From Patescibacteria group bacterium (lineage in GTDB: Bacteria; Patescibacteriota; Patescibacteriia; UBA1558; GWA2-36-10): a DNA stretch of 64,000 nucleotides. A program made the position numbers and the translations under genes. Shown here piece by piece: positions 37,043 to 47,071 of the stretch. Where the stretch lies: NCBI GenBank assembly GCA_041665545.1, contig JBAYIQ010000003.1, forward strand, positions 3,222 to 67,221, given 5' to 3'. The notes beneath the pieces are model-generated. The model was not told where the DNA came from, searched no databases, and worked only from the letters and a program-made list of their open reading frames with translations. The number at the start of each line of letters is the position of its first letter. Position 1 is the stretch's first letter.

Positions 37043-38587
37043 ATGAATAAAGATTTAAGAGGAAAAAAAGTTCTAATTTTACAGCAGCGGGGTTGGGCTA
37101 TTACTATTGGTCATAATCTGGCTAAAAAATTAAAGCAAGAGGGTTGCGAGCTTATTGCAGTGACGTTAAAACGCGATACTTATGATTTTATTGTTAATCA
37201 GAAGGACGTAAATTATGAAGCCATTGTTAGCATTGATGATATTATGGAGGATCCAGAGAAAGTCTTGGCGGGAGAGGATATTTCTTTGGAGAAAATATGT
37301 AGTGACTTGGGAATTGATACGATCTGGCCGTTTATTTATAGTAATCGACTTCTGGTTTATTCCTACCGGGAGAAATATTATTATAGTTATCGGCAGAACG
37401 TTTCAGATGAGTTCATGGTTAACTACGTTAAGGCATATTACAAAAGTCTACGTGATTTGTTTGAAAAATTTAAACCAGACGTTGTTTTTTTAGCTGCTTT
37501 TATTTCCGATATTCATGCCATTTTAAATCTACTAGCCAAGAAGTACGGCATACCCACAGTTTCTATCATTAATACTAGAATTGATGATTTTCATGTATTT
37601 ACCGGAAGTTGTTATAATGAATCTGGTGAGTTTTTTGATTATTTAAAAAGTTTAAATAATAGTAAAATAGAAGGTAAAAATAAAGATCGCGCTCGAAAGT
37701 ATATTGATGAATTTAGGGCAAATTTTAAAAAACCATGGGATTTAGTTGATCATCTAAAACAAGTTAACACCAAAAAAAGCTGGAAAAAAATAATTCGTCA
37801 TGAATTATCTCCATATTATCATTCTTTGATGTGGTATTTTCAAGATTCGTCCAAAAATTATATAAAAAGCATTGGCTCTACTCTTGACTATAGAACGCCA
37901 CGGGTTATTTTGAGGGATTTTTACGGCTATAAGCGATACAGGAAGGCGATGGAAAATTTTAAGTACTATCCTTTGGAAAAAATAGGTAAATGTGTTTATT
38001 TTCCTCTACAGTTTCAGCCAGAAGGAGCGATCGACTATATGGCGACATTTTTTAGCAACCAAATAGAGGTTGCCAGATTGATAGCCATGTCATTACCTGG
38101 GGACTATACTTTGATGGTAAAAGATCATCCGGGCATGCTTGGCTATCGCTCTCCTTCATATTTGGAAAAAATTTTTAGAACTCCTAATATTAAATTAATA
38201 GATTATCGAATACCAACAGAACTTATTTTGAAAAAAGCTGATTTAGTGTTGAGCCCCAATAGCACTACTCTTCTAGAAGCAGCTTTTTTGAATAAACCAG
38301 CCATTCAGTTTGGTAACATGGGTACAACTCTAGAGTTACCAAATGTTATTAAACACACCGATTTTACAACCCTATCTTCAAAAATCAAAGAAAGGCTTTC
38401 TTTAAATTTGATTAGCGATGATTATGAGAGAAAACTTGAAAATTACGTGACAGCAATTTTTGACACAGGTTTTGATATTAATTACAGTAGAATATGGGAA
38501 AAAGGAAAAAAAATGTCGGATGATTTTTTAATCGATAAACTAATTGGAAAAATAGCGGAGGTTATTAATAAATCCAAAAATGCCTAA
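37043..38587 (+). CDS. Capsule_synth (KpsC/KpsS/LpsZ-like) family glycosyltransferase, candidate CMP-(non)ulosonic acid transferase
   Basis: 514 aa. VYFPLQFQPEGAIDY and VKDHPGM motifs resemble the P-L-Q and H-P hallmark motifs of PF05159 beta-Kdo-transferase-like proteins. C-terminal ADLVLSPNSTTLLEAAFLNKPAI. Moderate-low confidence. Confidence 0.4.
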   Translation: MNKDLRGKKVLILQQRGWAITIGHNLAKKLKQEGCELIAVTLKRDTYDFIVNQKDVNYEAIVSIDDIMEDPEKVLAGEDISLEKICSDLGIDTIWPFIYSNRLLVYSYREKYYYSYRQNVSDEFMVNYVKAYYKSLRDLFEKFKPDVVFLAAFISDIHAILNLLAKKYGIPTVSIINTRIDDFHVFTGSCYNESGEFFDYLKSLNNSKIEGKNKDRARKYIDEFRANFKKPWDLVDHLKQVNTKKSWKKIIRHELSPYYHSLMWYFQDSSKNYIKSIGSTLDYRTPRVILRDFYGYKRYRKAMENFKYYPLEKIGKCVYFPLQFQPEGAIDYMATFFSNQIEVARLIAMSLPGDYTLMVKDHPGMLGYRSPSYLEKIFRTPNIKLIDYRIPTELILKKADLVLSPNSTTLLEAAFLNKPAIQFGNMGTTLELPNVIKHTDFTTLSSKIKERLSLNLISDDYERKLENYVTAIFDTGFDINYSRIWEKGKKMSDDFLIDKLIGKIAEVINKSKNA

Positions 38588-38614
38588 CTTATTTTATCTT
38601 TTCAAATAAAAAAC

Positions 38615-40084
38615 ATGATAGATTCTGTTTTATTAATCAGACCATGGGGTATTGGAAAAAAAGAATTTCCAGTTGGCTTGCTTTATGTTGGCACGGCTCT
38701 TGAAAAAAGTGGTTATAAGGTAAAAATAATTGATTTACAAGATGATCCTTCTGCTGAGAATAAAATTATTGATATTTTATCCAATTCGGAAAATACCATG
38801 CTTGGTATCAGTGCTTTGTCTTTACATTATCGCTGGTTAAAAAATTTTACACTTAGATTAAAAGAGGCCTCACCTAAAACCAAAATTTTAGTCGGCGGAC
38901 ATATTTCAGTTATTCATAATATTTTACTTAAAAAAACGGGTACTGACTTCGTTTGTTTGGGCGAGGGGGAGGAATTATTTCCCGAGCTGATTGAAAAAAT
39001 AAATAGAAGTGGATCACTTGACGATATTCTAGGGTTGGCTTACAAGGTAAATGAAAATATTATTAAAACTGGTCGTCGACAGTTTTTAAAAAATTTTTTA
39101 ATACCGAACTATGACCTCGTTGATGTTAATAGGTATGTTATTCACCCGAGTCAGGACAAATTTTTTCAAAGGTCAGCTGAGTATGGCTCTCATCAAAGGC
39201 CCGATGATAAATTAGGAGTAATAATGTTTTCTCGTGGTTGTGTGGGTGCTTGTACTTTTTGTTACCGTCATTTGCCAGGTTTTCGACAGGAATCAGTTGA
39301 GTGGAGCTGGAACCATCTACTACTTTTGCGCGAAAAGTATGGCATTAAATATTTTCGGATAGATGACGAACTTTTTACCAATAATCCGGTGTGGCTTGAT
39401 AATTTTTGTGAAAAATTAAAAGACTTGAAGGGTGATATTCTTTTTCGCGTTGGAGGATTACGAGTAGATTTAATAAATGGTGAACAATTAAAATCGCTTA
39501 AAGAGGTAGGTTGTATTGGTATTAATTACGGCATAGAATCTGGTTCACAAAAAATATTAGATAAAATGAATAAAAGAACCACCGTTGCTCAGAATTTATT
39601 TACTTTAAAACAGACACTTGATCACGGAATACAAACAATGGCTTATATGATGCTTGGTTATGAGGGGGAGGATAAAAAAACCTTGAGCGAGACCCTTTCT
39701 TTGATTTTAGACGCAGGTTTATCACCTGAGAGCGTGTCGCCAGCTTACACAATCGCTTTACCAGGAACTCGTATTTATGACAACTGTCTAAAGAGTGGAA
39801 AAATAAAAAATGAGGAAGAATATTTAGAAAATTGCGCCCCTTATATAGAGCAGGAAAAAGAATCATATGAGCGCTATATATTAAATTTATCAGATGTAAG
39901 TATAATTACCCTGAGAAGATGGGAGAAACTCCTTCCTATTTTCATTAAGTTAAATAAAAAATTAAAAAATCAACCCAAGTTATTCAAAATGATAAGAAGT
40001 ATTATTTTTTTCATACCAGCTAATCCAGTTATAATGTGGCTGGAGAGGCGAATTTGGAAATCATTGAGTTTTTTGAGAATATAA
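38615..40084 (+). CDS. B12-binding domain radical SAM protein (paralog 2)
   Basis: 489 aa. N-terminal B12-binding-like domain (GLLYVGTALEKSGYKVKIIDL). Radical SAM motif CVGACTFC in FSRGCVGACTFCYRH. Same architecture as 11886-13325. Confidence 0.65.
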   Translation: MIDSVLLIRPWGIGKKEFPVGLLYVGTALEKSGYKVKIIDLQDDPSAENKIIDILSNSENTMLGISALSLHYRWLKNFTLRLKEASPKTKILVGGHISVIHNILLKKTGTDFVCLGEGEELFPELIEKINRSGSLDDILGLAYKVNENIIKTGRRQFLKNFLIPNYDLVDVNRYVIHPSQDKFFQRSAEYGSHQRPDDKLGVIMFSRGCVGACTFCYRHLPGFRQESVEWSWNHLLLLREKYGIKYFRIDDELFTNNPVWLDNFCEKLKDLKGDILFRVGGLRVDLINGEQLKSLKEVGCIGINYGIESGSQKILDKMNKRTTVAQNLFTLKQTLDHGIQTMAYMMLGYEGEDKKTLSETLSLILDAGLSPESVSPAYTIALPGTRIYDNCLKSGKIKNEEEYLENCAPYIEQEKESYERYILNLSDVSIITLRRWEKLLPIFIKLNKKLKNQPKLFKMIRSIIFFIPANPVIMWLERRIWKSLSFLRI

Positions 40085-40100
40085 AATTATATTAATATTT

Positions 40101-40958
40101 ATGAACAAGATTAAAAAAATAGTTAAATATTTTCGTTATTTTAAAAATCCCCTAGTTGTTTTAATGTTTAAGCGAGGTTTTTTTCCTAAGGGTAGGAAAA
40201 TAAAAATTTTACCTAGATTGGGCCCGGCTTTTTGGGTGGCTCGTTCAGGTGATAATTGGTTGCTCGATAAAGTTTTAAATGGTAGTGAAGTTGAGGTGTC
40301 GGGTGAAGATTTTATCATTCAAGATAATATATATTTACGACAAGGAACTTCAGATACTTTTGTTTATAAAGAAATATTTATTGATAAGTCTTATGAAAAC
40401 TGTGTTGCGGCATTGTCCAAAGAAAGTACTGTAATTGATTTGGGTGCGCATATAGGCATGTTTTCGATTTATTGCGCTGGTCGTTGTCAGCAAGTATTTG
40501 CTTATGAAGCGCACAGGAAAAATTTTGATTTGGCCAAAAAAAATATAGTTAATCTTAATATTTCCAATGTGTCATTATTTAATTTAGCGGTTTGGTCAAA
40601 ATCTGATGAAATTGTTTATTTAGATGACACAGAAACAGCACAAACAGGTGAATATGCAATAAATAGAGATGGTAAAATGGAAGTTAAGACAATTTCTTTG
40701 GTTGATATTTTTAGTTTTAATAATATTAATTTTTGTGATTTATTAAAAATTGATATTGAAGGAGCTGAGTATGAAGTTTTAATGTCAGCGCCAATAGATA
40801 TTTTTCAGAAAATTAAAGTCATTTTTTTTGAATATCATCAAGATTTAACTAATCAGAAAACAGTGGTTGATTTGGAGGAGTTTTTAAAAAAAATAGGTTT
40901 TAAAATTGAAAAAACAGAATTTAATAGTCTAGCTGGTTTGATAAAAGCGGAAAAATAA
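40101..40958 (+). CDS. FkbM family methyltransferase
   Basis: 285 aa. SAM-binding VIDLGAHIGMFSIYCA and the characteristic C-terminal IDIEGAEYEVL of the FkbM domain. Confidence 0.65.
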   Translation: MNKIKKIVKYFRYFKNPLVVLMFKRGFFPKGRKIKILPRLGPAFWVARSGDNWLLDKVLNGSEVEVSGEDFIIQDNIYLRQGTSDTFVYKEIFIDKSYENCVAALSKESTVIDLGAHIGMFSIYCAGRCQQVFAYEAHRKNFDLAKKNIVNLNISNVSLFNLAVWSKSDEIVYLDDTETAQTGEYAINRDGKMEVKTISLVDIFSFNNINFCDLLKIDIEGAEYEVLMSAPIDIFQKIKVIFFEYHQDLTNQKTVVDLEEFLKKIGFKIEKTEFNSLAGLIKAEK

Positions 40959-40962
40959 TTTT

Positions 40963-41781
40963 ATGAAAATTAGCTGTATTATCCCAACTTGTGATCGCAG
41001 TAGTTATTTAATCAAAGCGCTAGAATCTGTTTTCAATCAAACAGTTTTGCCCTTTGAAATTATTGTTATTAATAATGGCCAGAAAAAATTGGAGTTACCA
41101 GAAGATATTTTTAAAAAAATTACCATAAGCAATACTCCGCCTTATATTGGGGCAGCTCAGGCTAGAAATCTAGGCGTTGAAATAGCTCGGGGAGATTTTC
41201 TGGCTTTTTTAGACGATGATGATGTTTGGGACAATAATTATTTAAAAAATGTGACAGTAGCTATTGCCAGGGGAGCTAAATTTATCGTCAGTCGAATGGA
41301 TATCTTGGAAAATGGTAAAGTAAAAATATTTAAAAATCCCAGCGGTCAGGTAAATTTAAAAAATCTTTTAGTGGAAAATCCAGGGGTTGGTGGTTCTAAT
41401 GTTGTTATCGCTAGAAAATTATTTTTAGAAATTGGCGGCTATGATAAAAACTTAATAACATCAGAAGACAAGTCGTTAGCCATTGAAACAATTAAAAAAA
41501 GAATACCAATAACAGTGTTGTCAGAAAATCGAGCGATAGTTGACGTTAGTTTGGGACTACCCGGACTACGTGATAATGATAAGATGGCCGAGGGCACCTA
41601 TCAATTTATTAAAAAATATAAAAGTATAATGACTCGGCAACAATACGCCTTTAATTGGTATAAAGTATTTCGTTATCGTTATAAATCAGGTAGAAAAATA
41701 ATGATTATTCCCTATTTCTTTCTTACTTTATTCTTCGCACCTAAAGATTTATTTAAGATTATTACAAAGAAGATATTTTAA
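40963..41781 (+). CDS. glycosyltransferase family 2
   Basis: 272 aa. MKISCIIPTCDRSSYLIKALESVFNQT...FLDDDDVWD (GT2 DxD region). Confidence 0.7.
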   Translation: MKISCIIPTCDRSSYLIKALESVFNQTVLPFEIIVINNGQKKLELPEDIFKKITISNTPPYIGAAQARNLGVEIARGDFLAFLDDDDVWDNNYLKNVTVAIARGAKFIVSRMDILENGKVKIFKNPSGQVNLKNLLVENPGVGGSNVVIARKLFLEIGGYDKNLITSEDKSLAIETIKKRIPITVLSENRAIVDVSLGLPGLRDNDKMAEGTYQFIKKYKSIMTRQQYAFNWYKVFRYRYKSGRKIMIIPYFFLTLFFAPKDLFKIITKKIF

Positions 41782-41794
41782 GTGAATAGATATT

Positions 41795-43159
41795 TTATCT
41801 TCCTAAAGCAATATTAAACATGGCGTTGATAGTTTTGAGGATAATAGAGACATCCAAGGCCACGGATTGATTTTTGATATAAAATAAATCGTATTGCAAT
41901 TTTTCTTTGGCGTCAGCCACAGATGCTCCGTAGGGGTAATTTATCTGTGCCCAGCCAGTGAGTCCCGGCTTGATCAAATGCCGTTCGTTATAAAATGGTA
42001 TTTCTTGTCTGAGTTGCTCCACAAACTCCGGTCTTTCGGGCCTAGGGCCCACAAAACTCATATTGCCAATAATAATATTAAGAAATTGTGGTATTTCATC
42101 CAAGCGAGTGCGTCGCAAAAGCTTGCCAATTCGAGTGATGCGGGCATCATTGATTGAGGCCCAGACAGCGCCGTTTTGCTCAGCATTTTCCTGCATAGTG
42201 CGGAATTTATATACTTTGAATTTTTTGTTGTTTAAGCCAACTCGTTCTTGTTGGTAAATTATTTTTCCTTTGGATTCTAGCTTTATAGCTATGGCGATAA
42301 AAGGAATCAAAATAAGCGATATCAAGCCAAAGAACCAGGCAAAAAATAAATCAATAAATCTTTTAGCAATTTCAAAACCATTTTTACTTCGGCTATTGAA
42401 GTTTTCCAAAAACCAATTTTTCTCCAAGAGCATCAAGGGGATTTTGCCAATTATTTTTTCATAAAAATTGGTTAGGTTGTAGTACTGGATTTTTAGATTG
42501 ATATTTTCAAATAAGTAGCGGGACACTTCGGCAGCATATTTAGGATTATTAACCACTACCACTGTTTGAATCTTGTGTTTCAAAAATTCATTTTTCAGAT
42601 CATTTAAGTTTTTACTGATCGGAATAATTTGGAATTTTTCCGGTACAGTGACAAAATCCGGGTTGATAATCAATTTTAATTGGTAGCCCAGTTGTGGTTT
42701 ATTAATTATTTCTTCGGCTAGGGCTAGCGATTCATCATTGAGGCCGATCAGCGCTAAATTACTACCCAAAGATCGGCTGGATATTAGTTTGTAAAAAGAT
42801 TTTCGCCAAACAAAAAATAAGCTTGCATAAACAGCCAGGAGAATTAAGAGTATGGTTTGTGGTCTCATCTGGCCAAAATCATCGGAAAAAATGTAGAAAA
42901 AAACAACAGCCAAAGCGGCGTTGATGCCAAGGTTTTGTAATAGGTTGCTGTAGAAACTAAAATCAACACGGACTTTTTTGAATTCGTACAGCCCGTTGAT
43001 AAAAAAGACAATCAGCCAGATAGCAAAAATAATGCTGAACGGCCATAAGTGCCTATTCCATAAATTCTGGTTAAGATAACCATAGCGTATCCAGAGAGTT
43101 AGGGCTAAGCTGAAATAGAGTACGAATATATCGCCTAGTAGTAATAGTCCTTTTTTCAT
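41795..43159 (-). CDS. polyprenyl-phosphate sugar phosphotransferase (bacterial sugar transferase, WbaP/PssY-like initiating enzyme)
   Basis: 454 aa. N-terminal TM helices, Rossmann-like middle, C-terminal catalytic domain KPGLTGWAQINYPYGASVADAKEKLQYDLFYIKNQSVALDVSIILKTI (Bac_transf). Confidence 0.75.
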   Translation of the reverse strand: MKKGLLLLGDIFVLYFSLALTLWIRYGYLNQNLWNRHLWPFSIIFAIWLIVFFINGLYEFKKVRVDFSFYSNLLQNLGINAALAVVFFYIFSDDFGQMRPQTILLILLAVYASLFFVWRKSFYKLISSRSLGSNLALIGLNDESLALAEEIINKPQLGYQLKLIINPDFVTVPEKFQIIPISKNLNDLKNEFLKHKIQTVVVVNNPKYAAEVSRYLFENINLKIQYYNLTNFYEKIIGKIPLMLLEKNWFLENFNSRSKNGFEIAKRFIDLFFAWFFGLISLILIPFIAIAIKLESKGKIIYQQERVGLNNKKFKVYKFRTMQENAEQNGAVWASINDARITRIGKLLRRTRLDEIPQFLNIIIGNMSFVGPRPERPEFVEQLRQEIPFYNERHLIKPGLTGWAQINYPYGASVADAKEKLQYDLFYIKNQSVALDVSIILKTINAMFNIALGR

Positions 43160-43243
43160 GAATTTGTATTTATACTTAGTTTATATTATAATAACAAATA
43201 CCCCTTTTTGTCAAATATTAATTCATTAGTTTTTAATTAAAAT

Positions 43244-45406
43244 ATGTTAAAATTTTCCAGTTATTTTTCTGAAAAAGATGCGATTTGGAAATTAATTATT
43301 CGTTTAGGTTTGGTGTTGGTACTTTTTGCACCGCTGGTTATTTATAATGGCTCTTATTTTCCTTTTATATTTCCGCGCAATATTTATTTTCGCCTGATTA
43401 TCGATATTATTTTTCCGCTTTATTTGTGGCTAGTAATTAAAAACACCTACCAGTGGCCAAAGTTTAATAAGGGTCTAATCTTCTTTGTCTTATTTATTTT
43501 GACGCTTACTATATCAAGTATTTTTGGCGGACATTTTCTTTTTAGTTTTTGGAGCACTTTTGAGAGAATGGATGGCCTGGTCAACTGGTATCACATTTTG
43601 ATGTATGTCATTGTTTTATTAGGTGTCAATCGCAGTGAAAAAGATTGGCATGTTTTGTTTAAGACCTCAATATTTGTGGCTTGGATTGTGGCTTTTTATG
43701 CTCTTGGTCAAGCCATGAATTTGAGCTTTGTAATGCCTTCGTCTGGTGGTCAGCGTTTGGCCAGCTTATTAGGCAATGCGGCCTATGTTGGCTCCTATTT
43801 ATTCTTGAATATCGTGATAGCCGTCTATTTGATAGTCAAGAAAATTCAAAATAAAGACTTTTTTTCTTGGGGAGTTTTTTATTACGCTTTAGGTATTATT
43901 TTGTTTGTGGCTATTTTGTTAGCCACCGAGACCAGGGGCGCTTTCTTAGGTTTATTTTTGTTTGTTTTTTTATTTTTGTTGGCTTATTTATATTATGAGC
44001 GGCGCAAAAGAAATATTTTTTATTATGTTGTTGTCGGGCTTATGGTCTTGGGGCTTATTTTTATCAGTTCTATTTTTACCCAAAAAAATAGTGCTTGGGT
44101 AAAATCAGTACCAACTTTTTCTCGTTTAGCCAACATATCTTTGACTGACACCACTACTCAATCGCGATTAATGATTTGGAAAAACAGTGTTTTGTATTCT
44201 TTTAAAGAAAAGCCATTGTTGGGCTGGGGTGAGGAAAATTTTGCCGATGCTTTTAATAAATATTTTCCTTCCGAGATTTTTGTGAGTATGGGCAGTGAGA
44301 TCTGGTATGACCGGCCACATAATATTTTGGTGCAACATCTAGTGCAGGGCGGCTTAGTGGGTTTTGGTCTTTATTTGGCAATTTTTATTTATTTGCTTTT
44401 ATATTTAAAAAAATTGATCAAGCAAAATAATAGCTGGCCGGTGCCAGTGCTGTGGGCGGCATTTTTGTTTGGCTTTTTGGCGCAAGATTTTTTTATTTTT
44501 GACAATCTTAATGTTAATGTTGTTTTTTACCTAATATTGGCCTATTTATTTTCATTGGTAGTGCCAGCCGGCCAATTTAATTCTCGATTTTATAACTGGT
44601 TTTTAGCTTGGCGAGATAAATTAAATCAAAGACGGACAAACTTACTTATCAGGGGAATACTACTAGTACTATTAAGTATTTCTTTGGTTTATTTTATGAT
44701 TTGGAAACCCTGGCAAAGTAACACAATTTTTGTAAAAACACTTTCTTCGGCTTCGCAAGCCAAGACAGCCGAAGATTTTGCCAAAGTAAAAAATGATTGG
44801 TTGCGCGCCTACTATACTGTACCCTTGGGTGATAAGGAAAAAATCGCTGGTTTGAATGATCTATTGGGCTTGATAATTGCTAATCCTTATGCTACTAACG
44901 ATGTCAGATTTGAATTTATTAATTTAACTGGGCAATATTTGGAAGCCAATTATGAAAAATATCCCATGGATATTCGGTCGGGCATGTTTCTGTCTAATTT
45001 TTATCAGTTTTTAGGCACTTTTGATAATTCCTTTATTGATCAAGATATTGTCTTACTGGAGCGCATGGCCAAGCTTGCGCCACAAAGATTAGAGATAAAA
45101 TTCGCTTTGGAAAATGATTATATAAAGAAAGGTGATTTAGTGAAAGCCAAAGAGCAAGTTTTGTTGGCCATAGATTTGGCGCCAAAGTCCAGAGATGTTT
45201 ATTGGAAGTTAGTGGAAATATATTGGCGGACTCAAGAATATCAAGAATTTGATGTGACTGTACAAAAAGTACGCGATTGGAATGGCGAAACAAACATGGG
45301 TAAATTTGACCAAACACAGAAATCTGATTTAAATAATTATTTACAGCAGGCCAAATCCGCCAAGCAAAAAGAATTAGTTGATATGCTAGAGGATTTTTTG
45401 CGGTAA
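43244..45406 (+). CDS. O-antigen ligase (Wzy_C) family membrane protein with C-terminal TPR domain (paralog 3)
   Basis: 720 aa. Polytopic N-terminal domain with TETRGAFLGLFLF and YDRPHNILVQHLVQGGLVGFGLYL motifs. C-terminal TPR-like repeats. Confidence 0.6.
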   Translation: MLKFSSYFSEKDAIWKLIIRLGLVLVLFAPLVIYNGSYFPFIFPRNIYFRLIIDIIFPLYLWLVIKNTYQWPKFNKGLIFFVLFILTLTISSIFGGHFLFSFWSTFERMDGLVNWYHILMYVIVLLGVNRSEKDWHVLFKTSIFVAWIVAFYALGQAMNLSFVMPSSGGQRLASLLGNAAYVGSYLFLNIVIAVYLIVKKIQNKDFFSWGVFYYALGIILFVAILLATETRGAFLGLFLFVFLFLLAYLYYERRKRNIFYYVVVGLMVLGLIFISSIFTQKNSAWVKSVPTFSRLANISLTDTTTQSRLMIWKNSVLYSFKEKPLLGWGEENFADAFNKYFPSEIFVSMGSEIWYDRPHNILVQHLVQGGLVGFGLYLAIFIYLLLYLKKLIKQNNSWPVPVLWAAFLFGFLAQDFFIFDNLNVNVVFYLILAYLFSLVVPAGQFNSRFYNWFLAWRDKLNQRRTNLLIRGILLVLLSISLVYFMIWKPWQSNTIFVKTLSSASQAKTAEDFAKVKNDWLRAYYTVPLGDKEKIAGLNDLLGLIIANPYATNDVRFEFINLTGQYLEANYEKYPMDIRSGMFLSNFYQFLGTFDNSFIDQDIVLLERMAKLAPQRLEIKFALENDYIKKGDLVKAKEQVLLAIDLAPKSRDVYWKLVEIYWRTQEYQEFDVTVQKVRDWNGETNMGKFDQTQKSDLNNYLQQAKSAKQKELVDMLEDFLR

Positions 45407-45433
45407 TAAAGCCAGGTTTTTATAATGAACACT

Positions 45434-45470
45434 AGAGAGCTTTATGCACACAAAGCTCTCTTTGTTTTTG
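45434..45470 (+). terminator. rho-independent terminator
   Basis: AGAGAGCTTT (45434-45443) pairs with AAAGCTCTCT (45452-45461) around an 8-nt loop, followed by TTGTTTTTG. Confidence 0.65.
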
Positions 45471-45489
45471 AGTCAAAATATGTTATAAT
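45462..45489 (+). promoter_or_regulatory. putative promoter with extended -10 (TTGTTT-16-TGTTATAAT)
   Basis: TATAAT at 45484-45489 preceded by TGT (extended -10). Weak -35 TTGTTT overlaps the terminator T-tract. About 20 nt upstream of the MCP-like gene. Confidence 0.35.
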
Positions 45490-45510
45490 TTAATCAACAA
45501 AAATAAAAAA

Positions 45511-46653
45511 GTGAAGTTAGTAGAAACAAAAATATACCTCAAGTTTATTCTCTGGTTTTTGGCTGTGGCTCTTTTGCCACTAGCAGTTTTATTAGGTGCT
45601 TTTTCTATTTCTGAGCAGTACCGCGGTTTTTTCCAAATGGGCAATTTACCAGCTAATGTTTTGATTGGTATCTTTGTTTCTTTGGCTATGGTTTTGGGAC
45701 TTTCTATGATGGCCACTAGGCGTTTGAGTAAAAGTATTACAGCACCAGTCCAAAGCTCGGTCAAAGAATTAAGTAAAGTGGTGAATTTGCTTCTTAATTC
45801 AATTCAGGGCTTATCAGATATTAGCCAAACCAATAATCAGATTTCTCAGTTTTTAACAACTTCCTCTCAACAACAACAAAGTGGCTTGAAATCAGGCAGT
45901 CAGTCATTATCCAAAATGGTGCGCTCTTTAGTAGAGATTACTCATAAGACCGGAGCAGCAACTACTAGCGTGAACAAGGCCAATAAGTTGGCTGAAGAGG
46001 GCAAGGCGCAGTCGGAGAATGCTTTGGCTAGCTTGGTGGCTGTGAAAAATCTTTTGACTGATACCCAAAAGTTGAGCCAAGCCCTTGATCAGTATGCCCA
46101 ACAAGTAGCCGAGATTGCCAAAAGAGTTGAGGCCGTAGCTGAAACAACCAAGTTCTTTAGCTTGAATATGTCTATAGAGGCCAAAAAAGCCCCATACAGC
46201 GAGGAATTTACCGGTCTGGTGGCTCAGATAAGAGATCTTAACAATATTAGCGAACAAGCGGCTAGTAGCATCCAAACACTGGCTCAAGATATGCATCGTC
46301 AAATTGATCAGTCCAAAAAGTCAGCCGTTTATGAATGGCAGGAAACCAACAAAAGCATCAATGTCGTTAGTCAAACCTTGAGTTTTTTAACAAAAATTAT
46401 CAGTAATATTTCAAGCATTGCTCACGATATTCAAGTGGTAAATACTGAAACTACCAAAACATCTCAAGATGCTGATCAGGTCAATAAAGTCATTTCTAAT
46501 ATTTCCCAACAGTCAAAATTGCTAGTCAAGCAGACGGACGATATTACCAAAGTCATACAGGAACAGTTGGTGGTCACGAGATCGCTTAATAAATCCTCGG
46601 TGGCTTTAAATAAAGTGACTGATACCTTGAATGATTTAGTGGGAAAGAATTGA
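45511..46653 (+). CDS. methyl-accepting chemotaxis protein-like transducer (divergent, no periplasmic sensor domain)
   Basis: 380 aa. Two N-terminal TM helices separated by only ~15 residues. Long Q/S-rich coiled coil. Core TTKFFSLNMSIEAKKAPYSEEFTGLVAQIRDLNNISEQAASSI parallels the MCP signalling-domain core ([32 protein letters not shown]). Confidence 0.45.
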   Translation: MKLVETKIYLKFILWFLAVALLPLAVLLGAFSISEQYRGFFQMGNLPANVLIGIFVSLAMVLGLSMMATRRLSKSITAPVQSSVKELSKVVNLLLNSIQGLSDISQTNNQISQFLTTSSQQQQSGLKSGSQSLSKMVRSLVEITHKTGAATTSVNKANKLAEEGKAQSENALASLVAVKNLLTDTQKLSQALDQYAQQVAEIAKRVEAVAETTKFFSLNMSIEAKKAPYSEEFTGLVAQIRDLNNISEQAASSIQTLAQDMHRQIDQSKKSAVYEWQETNKSINVVSQTLSFLTKIISNISSIAHDIQVVNTETTKTSQDADQVNKVISNISQQSKLLVKQTDDITKVIQEQLVVTRSLNKSSVALNKVTDTLNDLVGKN

Positions 46654-46654
46654 T

Positions 46655-47071
46655 ATGCCGGTCAAAAAACAACAATTTATTACTTTCAAGATAGCCGGAC
46701 AGATTTTGGCCGCTCCTTTGAATAAAGACAGTCAATTTTTTAGTTGTGAATATTTGTTGCCACTGCCTATAAATAATAAATATTTAGCCGGGATTTCTTA
46801 TCTCAATGGTCAATTAGTGACAATCTTACGAACAGATAAATTTTTTGGCTTAAATTGGAAGATGCCTAGCAATCCGCAGTGTTTGCATTTTAGTTACCGT
46901 GAGGATTTTTATGGTTTGGCAGTTGATCAGGGCTTGGACACTATTTCGGTCACTCAAATTTTTCAAGAAAAAAGCAGAAATATTTTTAATAAATATATAA
47001 AAATAAATAAGCAAAAAGTTTATATTGTGGATGTAGAGAAGATATTTTCTGAATTAAAAATCTATGTTTAG
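46655..47071 (+). CDS. cheW: CheW-like coupling protein
   Basis: 138 aa. QFITFKIAGQILAAPLNKDSQFFSCEYLLPLPINNKYLAGISYLNGQLVTILRTDKFFGL fits the CheW domain pattern. 8-nt overlap with the downstream cheA-like gene. Confidence 0.55.
   Translation: MPVKKQQFITFKIAGQILAAPLNKDSQFFSCEYLLPLPINNKYLAGISYLNGQLVTILRTDKFFGLNWKMPSNPQCLHFSYREDFYGLAVDQGLDTISVTQIFQEKSRNIFNKYIKINKQKVYIVDVEKIFSELKIYV

Noticed and set aside
41795-43159. Possibility that the internal + strand ORFs (41894-42157, 42063-42257, 42270-42464) are real small genes
   Set aside because: They are antisense to the strongly supported Bac_transf phosphoglycosyltransferase, whose conserved C-terminal catalytic domain spans this region.
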